From Cycas panzhihuaensis (taxonomy: Eukaryota; Plantae; Cycadophyta): DNA of 64,000 bases. The stretch is from contig CM041465.1 of NCBI GenBank assembly GCA_023213395.1, positions 132,253,741 to 132,317,740 on the forward strand, written 5' to 3'. This document shows positions 13,499 to 25,880 of the stretch, in pieces (the stretch's first letter is position 1; every line of letters begins with the position of its first letter). The position numbers and the translations under genes were made by a program. Below the pieces are notes generated by a model that saw only the letters and a program-made list of their open reading frames with translations, searched no databases and was not told the origin of the DNA.

Positions 13499-13783
13499 CG
13501 TAAGGGTTTCCCATGGCAATATGGTGTTCTGTGCGTCTATTTCTGCTTGATATCTGCCTGATGTGAAAGATCCTGTTGACCTTGTTTGCTTCAGTTGCAT
13601 TTTCTAACATGGTATCAGAGCATGTAGGTCGTGCACAGGCAGCGTAAGGGTTTCCCATGGCAATATGGTGTCCTGTGCGTCTATTCCTGCTTGATATCTG
13701 CCTGATGTGAAAGATCCTGTCAACCTTGTTTGCTTCAGTTGCATTTTCTAACATGGTATCAGAGCATGTAGGTCGTGCACAGG
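13499..13783 (+). repeat. Direct tandem duplication (144-bp period) of LTR 3' end, PBS and leader start
   Basis: The unit cgtaagggtttcccatgg...ctaacaTGGTATCAGAGCatgtaggtcgtgcacagg starts at 13499 and 13643. The second PBS is at 13754-13765. Confidence 0.95.
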
Positions 13784-16582
13784 TAGATGAACATTGTCAG
13801 AGGTCCAATCAATGGTGCCAAGTCATGCTGGCTTGCCCTTAGCGGATTGGCATAACCGATGACCTTGCAGAACAACCATGATGGTGCAGGTGATCGTTGG
13901 AGGATCCCGTGAGCCTTCTATTCTTGTTTGCAGATACTGTGAGCTATATGGAGGTGTGTGGATGAGTTTTGACTCTGTTTCCAGCCATGTGAGCCTTGTT
14001 TGAGCCTGTCGAAGGTGTTGGATCCTCGCTTGACGATGCCACTGAGTTTTGGATGCCCTAGAAATGATTGCCAACCCTCTGTTGCCGGTGGGAGAGTGCA
14101 GAAACCCTAGCAGGTAGTTGCAGGGTCGTGAAATGATAATACGACATCTTATCATAAGGTATGCTCATCATATAATGACCCCGTTGATATTTTAGGGTTT
14201 CTGATTTATATTATCACCCATATATTTAATTGTTGGCTAGTTTATGCTCATTGCTAGTGATTAATATATTAAGGGTTCAATATATCGCCACTCATCGTAT
14301 ATCTTCTGTGTTATTATACTGTACTATATGATATATTTGCATCTCCCATGATATATTCTATCCGTTTGTTGGATCACTGCATGATGATTAAGTTATCTCT
14401 ATGCATGGTGATATATCTATCAGTCGAGCATGAATATATCTATTATATGACCTGCGAGATGATTTATTTCTTCAGCCATTTATATTGGGACACCTCCGTT
14501 TTAAGCTTGCATTGATTCCCAGACGTTGTGTGTTGTGTATATGATTGATAACCAGTTGATTATTAAGGATCGTTCATTAATACATTCACCCGTATCTAAG
14601 TACAACCAATTGTGAATGATGTACTTGCGCCCTAGCTATTACATAAATATTCAGTCGCCCTTCATAATATATGAGCAGTCTGCATATTATTGGTGTTGCC
14701 AGCCTGATTGAATATTCAGCCTGCATGAGCCGTTGGCGTGATTGTGTCGCGATTAATATATCTCAGCCATGATGAGTAAGTAGCAGACACCGATGATAAG
14801 CCTGCAATGTCGCTATTTGATATATAATGAAGTCGCCCGGTTTAAATCTATTTGCTCGTCAATATTTGTTGATACTATATGGTTGCACCGCAAATATTTC
14901 GATGTACATGTGTTCGCTGTCATATATATATTACAGTGGACCCGTTTGCAACTGCCGTCTTTAAGATGATGAACCCTGCATGAATTTGCTTCGTCTTTTC
15001 ATTATTGCGTCACCCTATAAGCAAGTTGTGCTGTCGTTGTAGATAATAATGTCGCCTACGTGGATGTATTTGGCCTGTGATGCCCTGCGTGACAAAAATT
15101 AGAGCTGTCGTCATTGCGTTCACCTGTTAATATATGTTGCAATGACATATATGTATTCGCCTGTGAATAAAATTTCAGCCACCGTTCTTATATATCATAA
15201 ATATTCGTTGTTTATAAAGTCGGCTGCGATGACTTTGATATATTTTGATAAATATTGAACAACCATTTCAATATATATTGAGTCGTCGTTTGATTATAAA
15301 GTCGCCCAAGTCGCCTGTTAATATGCAGTCGCCATTTTTCAATCATACATCCCCTTCATAATTATTTGCCATTTGATAATATTTTCGCTCATTGATATGT
15401 CAATATCGCCTTTTTGGATAAAGTTATTTTGATATTGTTTCAAGTTAACTTTTGAATCACTCTAATTTTACCCTTTGATCTATTTGTATTAAGATGGTTT
15501 GGTTTTCATTGGAGCCATTAATATATTGATCTTTTGATCTAAGTTTTATCAATATATTGAGTGGCTATTAATAGTCTTTGCTATTTTGGATCAAGTGGGC
15601 ATGTTAAAGTATTATTGGGTATAAATATGGTGAATATTTTTTTGTTGCATGCAATTGCATGACAAGATTTGATGGGCGAAGTTGGTAATGTTTGAGGCTC
15701 TCTAGCATGTGTGTTACATGGGATAGTAAGTTTGGTGATGTTGGAGGTATGAGGTGGTAATTTGAGGCATAAGGGTGACATGGTTAACTCTCTAGCATGT
15801 GATTTACATGGGAGAGCGAGTTGTTTGATGTAGGCGAGATATGGCAACATGATGCTCTTTGCATGTAGTTTACATGAAGGGGCTCTATGGGCGAAAAAGA
15901 GGGCATGATAAGGTGAGAAAGGATAAGGCGGTATGAGGCGATGAGATACTTGTTGCATGTGAGATTACATGACAAGATTGGGCATCAATTGGGTGTGCTT
16001 GAGGGCGAGATTGGACGAGTTTGATAGGCAGGTTGAGGGTGAGATAAGGGCGAGATTGGGCAAAGAAGAGCATGGTATACCTTAATTGCAAGTTAATGCA
16101 AACTCTATTACTGTTCATGTTTATGTGATTATTCAATGAAATATGTGTGGTTTATCTTGTGAAATGAGTGTTCTTATTTAGTTATATTTGAGTTCTATTG
16201 CATCAAATGTATATGAGATGACATGAGGTTTAGAATTTTCTTGTATGAGTGGTTGTCAGTTATGATGGACCATTATGCTAGTTGGACTAATGATAGCATG
16301 AGGTTTGTGGCCTGGTTTAATATCGATTCAACATGAGTGCATATTTGAACAAGTCTGATGTGGAACCGAGATAGAGTGCTTGATGAAATTTGAAGTGTGA
16401 ATGGAAAGGTCTAAGATGAGATGCCTTAAAATCAGTGATGCCTTTGTCATGATATGTATAGTTGGCTTGTAAGGTTGCATTGCAGGTGAGTATGATGTAG
16501 ATGGTGAGGTTGGTGCATGTTGTGGTTTACTATAACATAACCTCACCTTTCCTTAGCAAGAGGAAACCACCAGCAAGTAAGG

Positions 16583-16697
16583 ATGGACCGCTAAGTTATC
16601 CAATAAGATGTAAGGCCGCTAGGGCCACCAATAGAGTTATGTGCATGGACCGCTAAGTCGTCCAATAAGATGTAAGGCCGCTAGGGCCACCAATAGA
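16583..16697 (+). repeat. 62-bp-period tandem duplication inside the element F LTR (also in the 3' LTR at about 22439-22553)
   Basis: atggaccgctaagt..tccaataagatgtaaggccgctagggccaccaataga occurs at 16583 and 16645. Confidence 0.9.
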
Positions 16698-17889
16698 ATC
16701 ATTAAGGATGAAGACCCTTACTTGTATTTAAAGGGTCAAACTACTCATAATGTTATGTAGTATGATATCTTGAAAGGAGAAAGTACTTGTACTCATTTTG
16801 GTGACTTATTTTACGTATTACATTTGCATTCGTGTTATTTGGCTTCAATTTCGCTAAACATCAATTCTTGAGCCCGATTCTTTGAGAAGGAACGGTCCAA
16901 GTGGTATCGAGCTCGGTTCGTGATCGTGGAAGTCGCCGAAATAGCAAATTTTTTTTTTTTTTTCCTGTATGACCGAGTACTCTCTCTACCTAGGTAGAGA
17001 TTGAGGAAAAACCTTTACTCAGTACTCTCTCCAAGAAGATCGAGGACCAGTGGCGGTGACAGATCAGAGGTCGCGAAGCAAAGGGGAATTTCGACCTTCA
17101 GGTACCGCAAGCAAATTATTTCTTCTATATTTAATTCAGTTTTTAAGTTTTTCTTTTCTGCATTAGGTTATATTCCAAGGGTAGATAACACCGCTGGGCG
17201 GCTACCCTTTGTGGCATTTCCCACTTCTTCTTTCTGGGTAGATACCACCACATATACCCCCTGTGGGATTCCAAAAACCCCCCTAGTGCAGGTAACCTAT
17301 CGGTTGCTAAAGTCTTGCGGTGCTGTGGTTAGCGTTTAGCGCCACGAAGTACCTGTCCTAACTTCTGCATCAAAAGGTTATTGGCAGGCCCATAAGACCA
17401 AGCACACCTCATTCTGCAGTGGGTAGGACACATCTGCTCATTCGCGTTTTCCCTGCCCTAGTCTTAGCCACAAGGCTGTCTATATAAAAACGACTCCACT
17501 TAGCTCTTGCTCAAAGTGCAAAAAAATACCCTTATAACTCATATACCCCAACTCGATCAGCATCTTGTAAGGGTCATTTTGCACTAGGTTAGTCTATACC
17601 CCAATTTTCACCCTTTTTGTACTGGTGGGCCCCACCACTCCAAATTTACCTTCAAACTCATACATCCCATTTCAATAAGTTTTTGTGCTCTTTCTAGTAG
17701 ACTAAATATCCTGCTTGTAATTCTGGGGTCAACAGGCTATAGACACCCCACATTCCCTTATTTCGCCCCTTTCTTTTCCATATAGCAACTCCCTCTTCTT
17801 CTATCCCGTTCTTTCTTGAATCTGTCCCACTTCGTTTTTTCCCTTCTTTCTACTTACTCCCGCTTCTTTAATCCCTTTCCTCAACTTCA

Positions 17890-20800
17890 ATGGCAAAAAA
17901 TCAAACAGAAAAAATTTCTGAGTTGACCAATGATTTGTCTAACTTCAAAATAGAGGTCAGCGATAAACTTAGTAACATACCTACCAACCGACCGGGCGAC
18001 ACCAAGAAGGATATCGTTAAAACAGTTCAACAGTGGTTGTCATCCTATGCCCAAAGCACAGGAGCTTCTACCTCAACAGGCAACCAACCTCCCCCTTCTC
18101 CAGGAAGCAATACACATACAGGAGGTCCTCCACCAAGATAGCCGTTTTTCCACCACAAGATCAACATTCCCACCTTTGATCCAGATGTGAATAGAGAGTG
18201 CACTCGAAGCTGGATTAATAAGTTAGAATCCTACTTCACTCTCCACCCGATGTCAGAAGAGGACCAACTCTTATACGCTTCCATTCATTTAGATGGTCGA
18301 GCTCACCATTGGTTCAACTGGTGGAAGCGGGAATATCCCTCTCACCAAACTTGGTTGCACTTCACTAGTTGTTTCTTCGAGCAATACGAAGATACATGGA
18401 GTCAATCGTTTTTCACACAACTCACCCGGCTTAAGCAGACATCCACTGTAGAAGCTTATACAGATGAATTTCAAGCTTTATATAACCGCACGCCACAAAG
18501 CCAAAACTTGGACAAACAAACAGTGATTGATATTTATGTGGCGGGACTCCAAGACCGTATTCAGATGAGATTAAAGACAATGGCAATTTACTCCCTCAAG
18601 GAAGCTTTCAAGTGGCACGCACGTGCGAGAAGGCGAGTTTGCGTGAGCAGACCCTCAGCCATTCGACGAGATAACTCTTGGTTCTCACGCACCCGACAAG
18701 CAGATCTCCAGCGACCTCGACCTCGATTTGATGATGCGTCTCGTCCTCAAGCTGACTTCACACGTCCTCGACCACGACAGGATGACTCTCGTCCACCTAT
18801 GGATCGCCAGAATGAGGATACATCCACCAAAAGAGTCCAGATTTCTCAAGCACAACGTCGACTTGAGGCTGGCCTTTGTATGCAGTGTGCAGAAAAGTGG
18901 ACTTCCGGGCATGGTCGTTTTTGTAAGGCACGGCGTATGGTTTTCTCCATTGACCCATCCCTCCCCTCTGATGATCCCTCTGATTCTGACTCTGACCAGG
19001 AGGCTGATGATGATACCCATGATGATCCTGTACTAGACCCCCAACCCAAGTATCTATATCTTTGTCACCACCTCCTCCCCGCCTGAACCCCTAAGAGTTA
19101 GAGGCATTCTTCGCAAGACTCAATATCTATCTTGATCGATTGGCGCGTCACTTAACTTCATTGATATTTCGATTGCTAGACAACTTAACCTATATATTGT
19201 CCCAAAAACCGGCTTCACATGCTCTCTACCGTGGTACCAAACTCCATCGTGTGTGTTATCAAAAACCTCCAAGTCCAAATTGGCTCATACCTTTTAGTAT
19301 CAGACTTCTATGCCTTGTCAATAGGAGGATCTGATGCCATCTTAGGGATTCAATGGTTACAAACACTAGGGACTTATAGCACGAATAACTCACCTACCAA
19401 TCCATTCATTGCTTTCAAAGACCACATGGGGCGAAACCACAAAATATACGGAATGCAATCCCCCCCGAACCAAGTGGTCTCTCCTGGACGTATGAAACGC
19501 CATCTTCAATCTCACTTAGGGTATATAGTCCGCCTCAATAATATTCAAATCGAACCACAAATTCATCCACATATCCAGGACGTCATTACCCAATACGAGC
19601 AAGTATTTGCCCCTCTGCCTGCCACCACCCCTCCCGATCATGGTTCTTTCATACAATTGATCTCCAATCTAACCATGACCCTATCAGCCTTCGACCTTAC
19701 CGAAACTCATACTTCCAAAAGAATGAAATCGAGAAACTCACAAATGAACTCCTTGACATGGGCATAATCCAACCTAGTAAAAGCCCCTATGCAGCCCCAA
19801 TTGTCTTAGTTCGGAAGAAGGATGGCTCCTTTCGCCTATGTGTTGACTATAGGGAATTAAATAAGATTACCATCAAAAATAAGTTTCCCACCCCTCGCAT
19901 AGATGACATGCTAGATGAAATCCATGGGGCAACCATAATTTCTAAGTTAGACCTCCAATCTGGTTATTACCAAATCCCAATTGCCCCACAAGATTGTCAT
20001 AAGACAGCATTTCGCACACATCATGGCCATTTTGAGTTTCGAGCAATGCCCTTTGGCCTTTGTAATGCCCCAGCAACCTTCCAAGCGCTCATGAATAGAA
20101 TCTTTGGGCCCTATCTTCGAAAGTTTGTCGTAGTTTTCTTTGACGACATTCTTATTTATAGTACCTGCCTAGATCTCCATATCCAACACTTAGAAACTGT
20201 TCTTCAAATATTGCAGAACCGCCAACTCTATGCAAAATTATCTAAGTGTGAGTTTGGACAATCAGAACTTAAATATTTGGGCCATATCATATCATCAGAA
20301 GGGGTACGTGTAGACCCTGACAAAATATCGGTCATCACAACATGGCCAACACCTACCACTCTTACCCAACTACGAGCATTTCTTGGGCTCACAGGGTTTT
20401 ATCGACGCTTTGTCCGTAACTATGCATCTCTTGCCACCCCATTAACCAACCTCCTTCGTAAAGAGGCTTTTCAATGGTCTCCCGAAGCAGTAGGTCGCCT
20501 TTTCCCACCTCAAGGTTGTAATGACCTCCACTCCGGTCCTCATCACTCCTGATTTTAACCAACCCTTCCAACTTGAATGCGATGCTTCAGGGTTTGGTTT
20601 AGGTGCCGTCCTAATGCAAGACTCTCATCCCATTGCATTTGAAAGCCGAAAATTAAAAGATCACGAGCTTCACCTCTCTACATATCAGAAAGAAATGAAG
20701 GCTATTCTCCATGCTATTGATAAATGGCGGCAATATCTCTTAGGCTCTAAGTTCACTATCCTTACAGATCATCGTAGCCTCCATAATTTATTGACTCAAC

Positions 20801-22376
20801 CAGTCTTGTCAGAAGAACAAGCTAAGTGGATTCATCGATTACAAGTCTTTGACTTCTCAATAGCATATAAAAAAGGTAAAGACAATGCAGTGGCAGATGC
20901 TCTTTCACGTGTCCATCCTAACGACAATGGTCCGAACCCAAGCCTCCATGCCATCAGTAACCCCCAACCCCTTTGGCTTGATGAACTATGTGTTGAAAAT
21001 CAAGCCCAGCCAGACTATCCTAATTGGCGGGAAAAGTTCTCACCCATAAAGGTTGGTCAACCTTCAACAATCATCTCCTCTACCATAATCGTATCTTTGT
21101 CCATCCCTCCTCCTCATTCATTTCTAAAATCCTCACTAATACCACTCATCTCCCTTGGTGGCCACTCCGGCTCGATAAGACTTATCGACGGATTCGCATG
21201 ATTTCTTTTGGCCCCACATGAAGACCACTATATTCACCTTCAGATCGAATGTGACACCACAACGAAATAAAATAGAGACCAAACCTCTCCCGGCCTTCTT
21301 CAACCATTAAATATTCCACAAGGTAAGTGGCAAGATATTGCCATGGACTTCATCACGGGCCTACCACCATCTGCGGGTTTGACTCCATTTGGGTAATCAT
21401 TGATCGATTAACCAAGTACTCACACTTCCTCCCAAAGGCACACCTCTTATTCATCCTCCGTCTCACCGACTTATACGTCCAATTCATATTTTGCCTCCAT
21501 GGTTTTCCATCATCTATCGTTTGTGATCGCGACCCTAAGTTTACCAGCTCCTTTTGGCAAGAACTCTTCAAGGCCGTTGGAACCTCCTTTAATATGAGCT
21601 CGCTAACCACCCACAAACAGATGGCCAACTGAGGTTCTAAACAAAACTTTAGAAACTTATCTACGTTGCTTTGCTTCTAACACCAAGCTAAGTGGACCTC
21701 ATGGCTTGACCTGGCTGAGTATTGGTATAACTCCTCCCATCATTACGCCATTGGTATGTCCCCTTTTGGCTCTTTATGGCTACCACCCACCTTCTCACCA
21801 TACCCTAGCTACACATTTTAGAACAGCTTCTGTGCAACAAAAGCTCCAAGAAATGGATCAAATCTTGCATGCCCTTCGACAAAATCTAGCTAGTTCTCGA
21901 AATCGAATGAAGCAGCTAGCAGACCGCCACCGCTCAGATAGATCCTTTGATATTGGAGATCTAGTATACCTCCGCCTCCAACCTTATAAGCAACAATCAC
22001 TCAAGTCCCATCAAGGGCATAAATTAAGCCCCGCTACTATGGCCCTTATAAGATCCTCGCACAAAATTGGTGAAGTTGCTTATGCCCTTGAACTCAGCCC
22101 AAACACTAATATTCATAATGTCTTCCACGTATCCTGCCTAAAGAAATACCTTGGAGCTAAAGTTACACCCCACACAACCCTTCCTATTCTCTCCAAAGAA
22201 CAAACTCTTACAGTTCCTCCCGATAAAATCCTTGCTACCGCCAGGCCGCCTCCCGAATCGCACTATTTACGAACACTTGGTACAATGGGTTGGTGCGATC
22301 TTGATGAAGCTACTTGGGAGCTCGGAAGAGTTCATCCAGAACATCCTCATCTCCAACTGCGAGGACTCGGCGTCTC
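17890..22376 (+). pseudogene. Element F gag-pol (gag, PR, RT, RNaseH, IN, chromodomain), frameshifted
   Basis: ORFs 18187-19086 (gag, CMQCAEKW..GH), 19758-20552 ([12 protein letters not shown]...[10 protein letters not shown]), 20521-21201 (RNaseH, ECDASGFGLGAVL), 21327-22512 (IN; EHLVQW and DEATWE chromodomain pieces). Confidence 0.93.
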
Positions 22377-24227
22377 GAGGGGGACACAGAACATAACCTC
22401 ACCTTTCCTTAGCAAGAGGAAACCACCAGCAAGTAAGGATGGACCGCTAAGTTATCCAATAAGATGTAAGGCCGCTAGGGCCACCAATAGAGTTATGTGC
22501 ATGGACCGCTAAGTCGTCCAATAAGATGTAAGGCCGCTAGGGCCACCAATAGAATCATTAAGGATGAAGACCCTTACTTGTATTTAAAGGGTTAAACTAC
22601 TCATAATGTTATGTAGTATGATATCTTGAAAGGAGAAAGTACTTCGGTACTCATTTTGGTGACTTATTTTCTGTGTTCTGTTTGCGCATTCGTGTTATTT
22701 GGCTTCAATTTCTGCTAAACATCAATTCTTCGAGCCCCGATTGCTGAGAAGGAACGGTCCATTTACCTCCCATGTTTTGTTGGCAGAAGCTGTAGCGAAC
22801 AGGTATTGGGATCCCTTGTTGTGACTGTTTGTGGCATAATTTCCCCTCTTGTTGTATTTGGACCAAGTCAGAAGCCTTCCATTTATTTCCTTGGGTGCAT
22901 TGGAGTGCACGCATCTTAGACGAAGATTGCAGCAACAGGATTGCAAAAGTTTGAAGCCTATGGGTTGGTTAGCTTACAAACAGTGTGATCTGCAGGGAAA
23001 ATGCATTGTGATCAGTCTAGATATTCAGTTGATGAGTTTATGATGTATCATGCTGAGTGTCATTTGGTTACAGGTTTTATCCTTCATTGCTTCACTTTTC
23101 CGTGACATTATTCAGCAGGTGTGGAGGTTTGTTTGCCTAACATTGTGCTTGAGACAGAAGTAGGACCTAGTGACAAATTGATGATGAGGAGCTATTAGAT
23201 GATGAGATATGGATTGCAACCCCATGTTCTATTGACAGTTGAAGACCTGTAGGATGATGGAAGACTATGGATCAGCATGTCAGTCAAAGCTTGAGATAGA
23301 TACCAATGTTCCAATGAGTACAAATTTACGAAAGAGAGCTGTATTGAAGCAAAGAACTTAGTCAGTTTGTAAGTTGGTAAGCTTGTTATGCAGAATTTCT
23401 AATAGGAAGAAGGATTAAGGTACGATGAGACATTTTGCACCAGTCTCTATGTTTATTTGTCCATTTGATCCTTACTTTAACAACTTCAGATAGTTGGGTA
23501 TCGTATTGTATCATATCAACGTTTCTTAACGAAGACTTGAAGAGGTGATTCACATGGCTCAAGTGGCTCAACCTCTTGGTTTAGTCAAAGGGATATGGCT
23601 GAGTTGAATGGACAAAGTGTTAGGTGCAGAGATAGTTGTATGGTTGTAGGTCTGTTGGAGCATTTCCAAAAAATTGAGCACATACGAAGCATGGCACCAT
23701 TACATCCAAATCAGGGAAGATGCAAGTTGAAGATTGTCCAAGTGGAGATCAACTTGTGGACATGTTCACCAAGCTCAAACTGAAGATCGCTACATCGACG
23801 TTCATGCATATTAGGTTGGGTAAGGTTACCCTTGAGAGGGGATCTATTTCCAATAATAATCCTTATTGCCCCACATTTACATTAAGAGGAGATGTTAGAA
23901 TATGTGTCCATACCGTCTAATGTAAAGTGGGCCTCCCTATTTATGCGCCTAATTATATGGAGAATCTTCTTGAGTGTAGTGAGCCGATGGATGTAAATTG
24001 TAATTATATTTGGCACTTTAAATCTATAAATATAGATCAAAGTTCAACTTTATATCAATATCATTTTATCATAATGTGAAATATTATCATTTGTGGGTTT
24101 TCACCCATAAGGGTTTCCCACGACAATATGGTATCCCGTGCGTTTGTTCCTACTTGATATCTGCCTGATGTGAAAGATTTTGTCGACCTTGTCTGCTTCA
24201 ATTGCGTTTTTTAATAGTAAACATGAA

Positions 24228-24230
24228 ATA

Positions 24231-24253
<23 letters not shown>
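24228..24253. repeat. (AT)n microsatellite
   Basis: Uninterrupted AT run followed by poly-T. Confidence 0.95.
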
Positions 24254-24261
<8 letters not shown>

Positions 24262-25018
24262 GTTATGAGGTATACCTGTCGTGTGGGCTTATGGCTATAT
24301 GCCCCTAGTACAATATGAAAATGCTTTAAATTATTATTATTATTTTTAATGAATTCAATAAGTAGATGTTTTTTTGAACCTTCAAACAACAAGAGAAGTT
24401 GTTAATAATGAAAAATATCATTGAAAAATGAATTTTTGTTCTAGATTATGTGGATCCGTACGGTCGTGCAGTTGTACAAAAAAGTATGGCAAGAAAAGTA
24501 AAAAACAAAGTTGGCCTCAGATTCAAGATTTTTTTTGGTACCTATCTGAATTTGCAGTTGGTTTTTTGATTTGAGCTTTCGTTTGTGAGAATATTAGTTC
24601 GAAAAAATGAATGGAAGCTAGGATTTTAAATCAAATTTTGTTCACATTTAAGGAAAAAGAATGAAATAAAATGTTGCAAATTTATACTTGAAAGAAAGCT
24701 CTAGTCGAGAGGAGGAGATTAAGACTAGTTTTGAAGAAAATGACTAAGAAGTCAAAGAGAAATCTATAGTTGAAGCCTCAAACCTGCGCCTATGATTTTT
24801 TGCATTTTTCCACTTATATAGATGGAATTTGATATCGGTACTTTGGGATAAATTGATGTATGTATGGAGGCACACAAACTAGTAAATTTTTGTCTTGATC
24901 TGAGCACCCTTTTTTTTCTCTGCCATATGACTATCTATATGGCAGCCTATACACCTTTTGCAAATCTCTGGTCTTCAAAAAATAGTGGTCTCATCTGAAA
25001 CTTTGCTTTGATACCATC

Positions 25019-25391
25019 TGATGTGAAATCGTGGGTGCATAGACTCAGAGAACATTACCCATTTAATTGGGATTGTCGAAGAGGTGATTTAATGAATTGT
25101 CTTCTATTATCTTGTAATCCGGTTTACATCACGAAAACACGCACTTACGATTTTTACAATGAAGGTGCCTCTCATTTATGTCGAGGGCCCAATAACGACT
25201 TCAAAAACTTCCTTCTAACTATCCAACTAATTGGTTGACTTAACTTTACTATCTGTCTCTTAGCTTTCTATTTAATTGACAGTTGAGTTATTTGACTAAA
25301 TTTCTAACTTAATCGTACTTTACATATAAGTACAGTAATATACACATAACATTACATAGTCTTAAAACATATGAATGAGTGTTGCTCATGA
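25019..25391 (-). repeat. Element B 5' LTR
   Basis: Adjacent to PBS gctttgatacca (25005-25016) and homologous to 4412-4786. Confidence 0.9.
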
Positions 25392-25880
25392 TTTGAGACG
25401 ATAGATCTTAGACTTCATTATTTTCTTAGCATGAAGGTGTGTCAACAACCAAGTAATATCCTCATATCCCAAGCCAAATATACTTGGGACATTTTGCAAC
25501 ATTTCAGAATGGAGGATTGCAAACTAGCGACTAACCCTGTGGACACTGGCAAAAAATTATCAACTGATGAGGAAACAAAATCTGGAGATTACATACTATT
25601 TAGACAATTAGTGGGTAGTCTAATCTATTTTACTAACACTAGACTAAACATTTCATATGTTGTTGGAATCTGCCCCAGGTTCATATCTCAACTCAGTTAG
25701 AGACATTGGAATGTTGCAAAGCGTATTCTTAGATATCTGAAAGATACATTGTAGCATGGTTGACACTAATTCATAACAAGAACTTCACATTATAGGGGTT
25801 CTTAGATTTTGATTGGGTTGGATGTTAAGATAGTCAATGATCAACCTCGGGTTATTGTTATAACCTTGGGTCAAATGTTG
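25392..25880 (+). pseudogene. Copia element A, part 2: RT C-terminal half and start of RNaseH
   Basis: ORF 25431-25700 reads ISQAKY...FRQLVGSLIYFTNTRLNISYVVG, followed by DWVGC..STSGYCYNLG. Confidence 0.88.

Larger units (their letters stand above)
16531..22761 (+). mobile_element. Gypsy element F, full-length chromovirus, apparently young
   Basis: LTRs at 16531-16899 and about 22387-22761; TSD TTTAC (16526-16530 and 22762-22766); PBS TGGTATCGAGC at 16902-16912; PPT GAGGGGGACA at about 22377-22386. Confidence 0.93.
13286..24216 (+). mobile_element. Copia-derived element E (non-autonomous, heavily deleted internal region), containing element F
   Basis: LTRs at 13286-13609 and 23893-24216; TSD GTAAA (13281-13285 and 24217-24221); PBS at 13610-13621; PPT AAGAGGAGA at 23884-23892. 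Residual Copia motifs include WAEAV-like, YDETFAPV-like, FLNEDLKR and DQLVDMFTK. Confidence 0.9.
4412..25391 (-). mobile_element. Gypsy element B (CRM-like chromovirus, non-autonomous), expanded by nested insertions
   Basis: Paired LTRs at 4412-4786 and 25019-25391; TSD TTTGA (4407-4411 and 25392-25396); PBS at 25005-25016; PPT at 4787-4795. Removing it rejoins Copia A RT (RFE-TIDL..HYFL). Confidence 0.9.

Noticed and set aside
13278-13754. 158-aa minus-strand ORF with an internal 48-aa repeat
   Set aside because: It is the antisense reading of the element E LTR and its 144-bp duplication, with no protein-like features.
13499-16700. CRISPR-like repeat-spacer arrays (144-bp, 62-bp and CATG-box repeats)
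   Set aside because: There are only 2-5 degenerate units with no constant repeat and unique spacers, no cas genes, and the context is eukaryotic LTR sequence.
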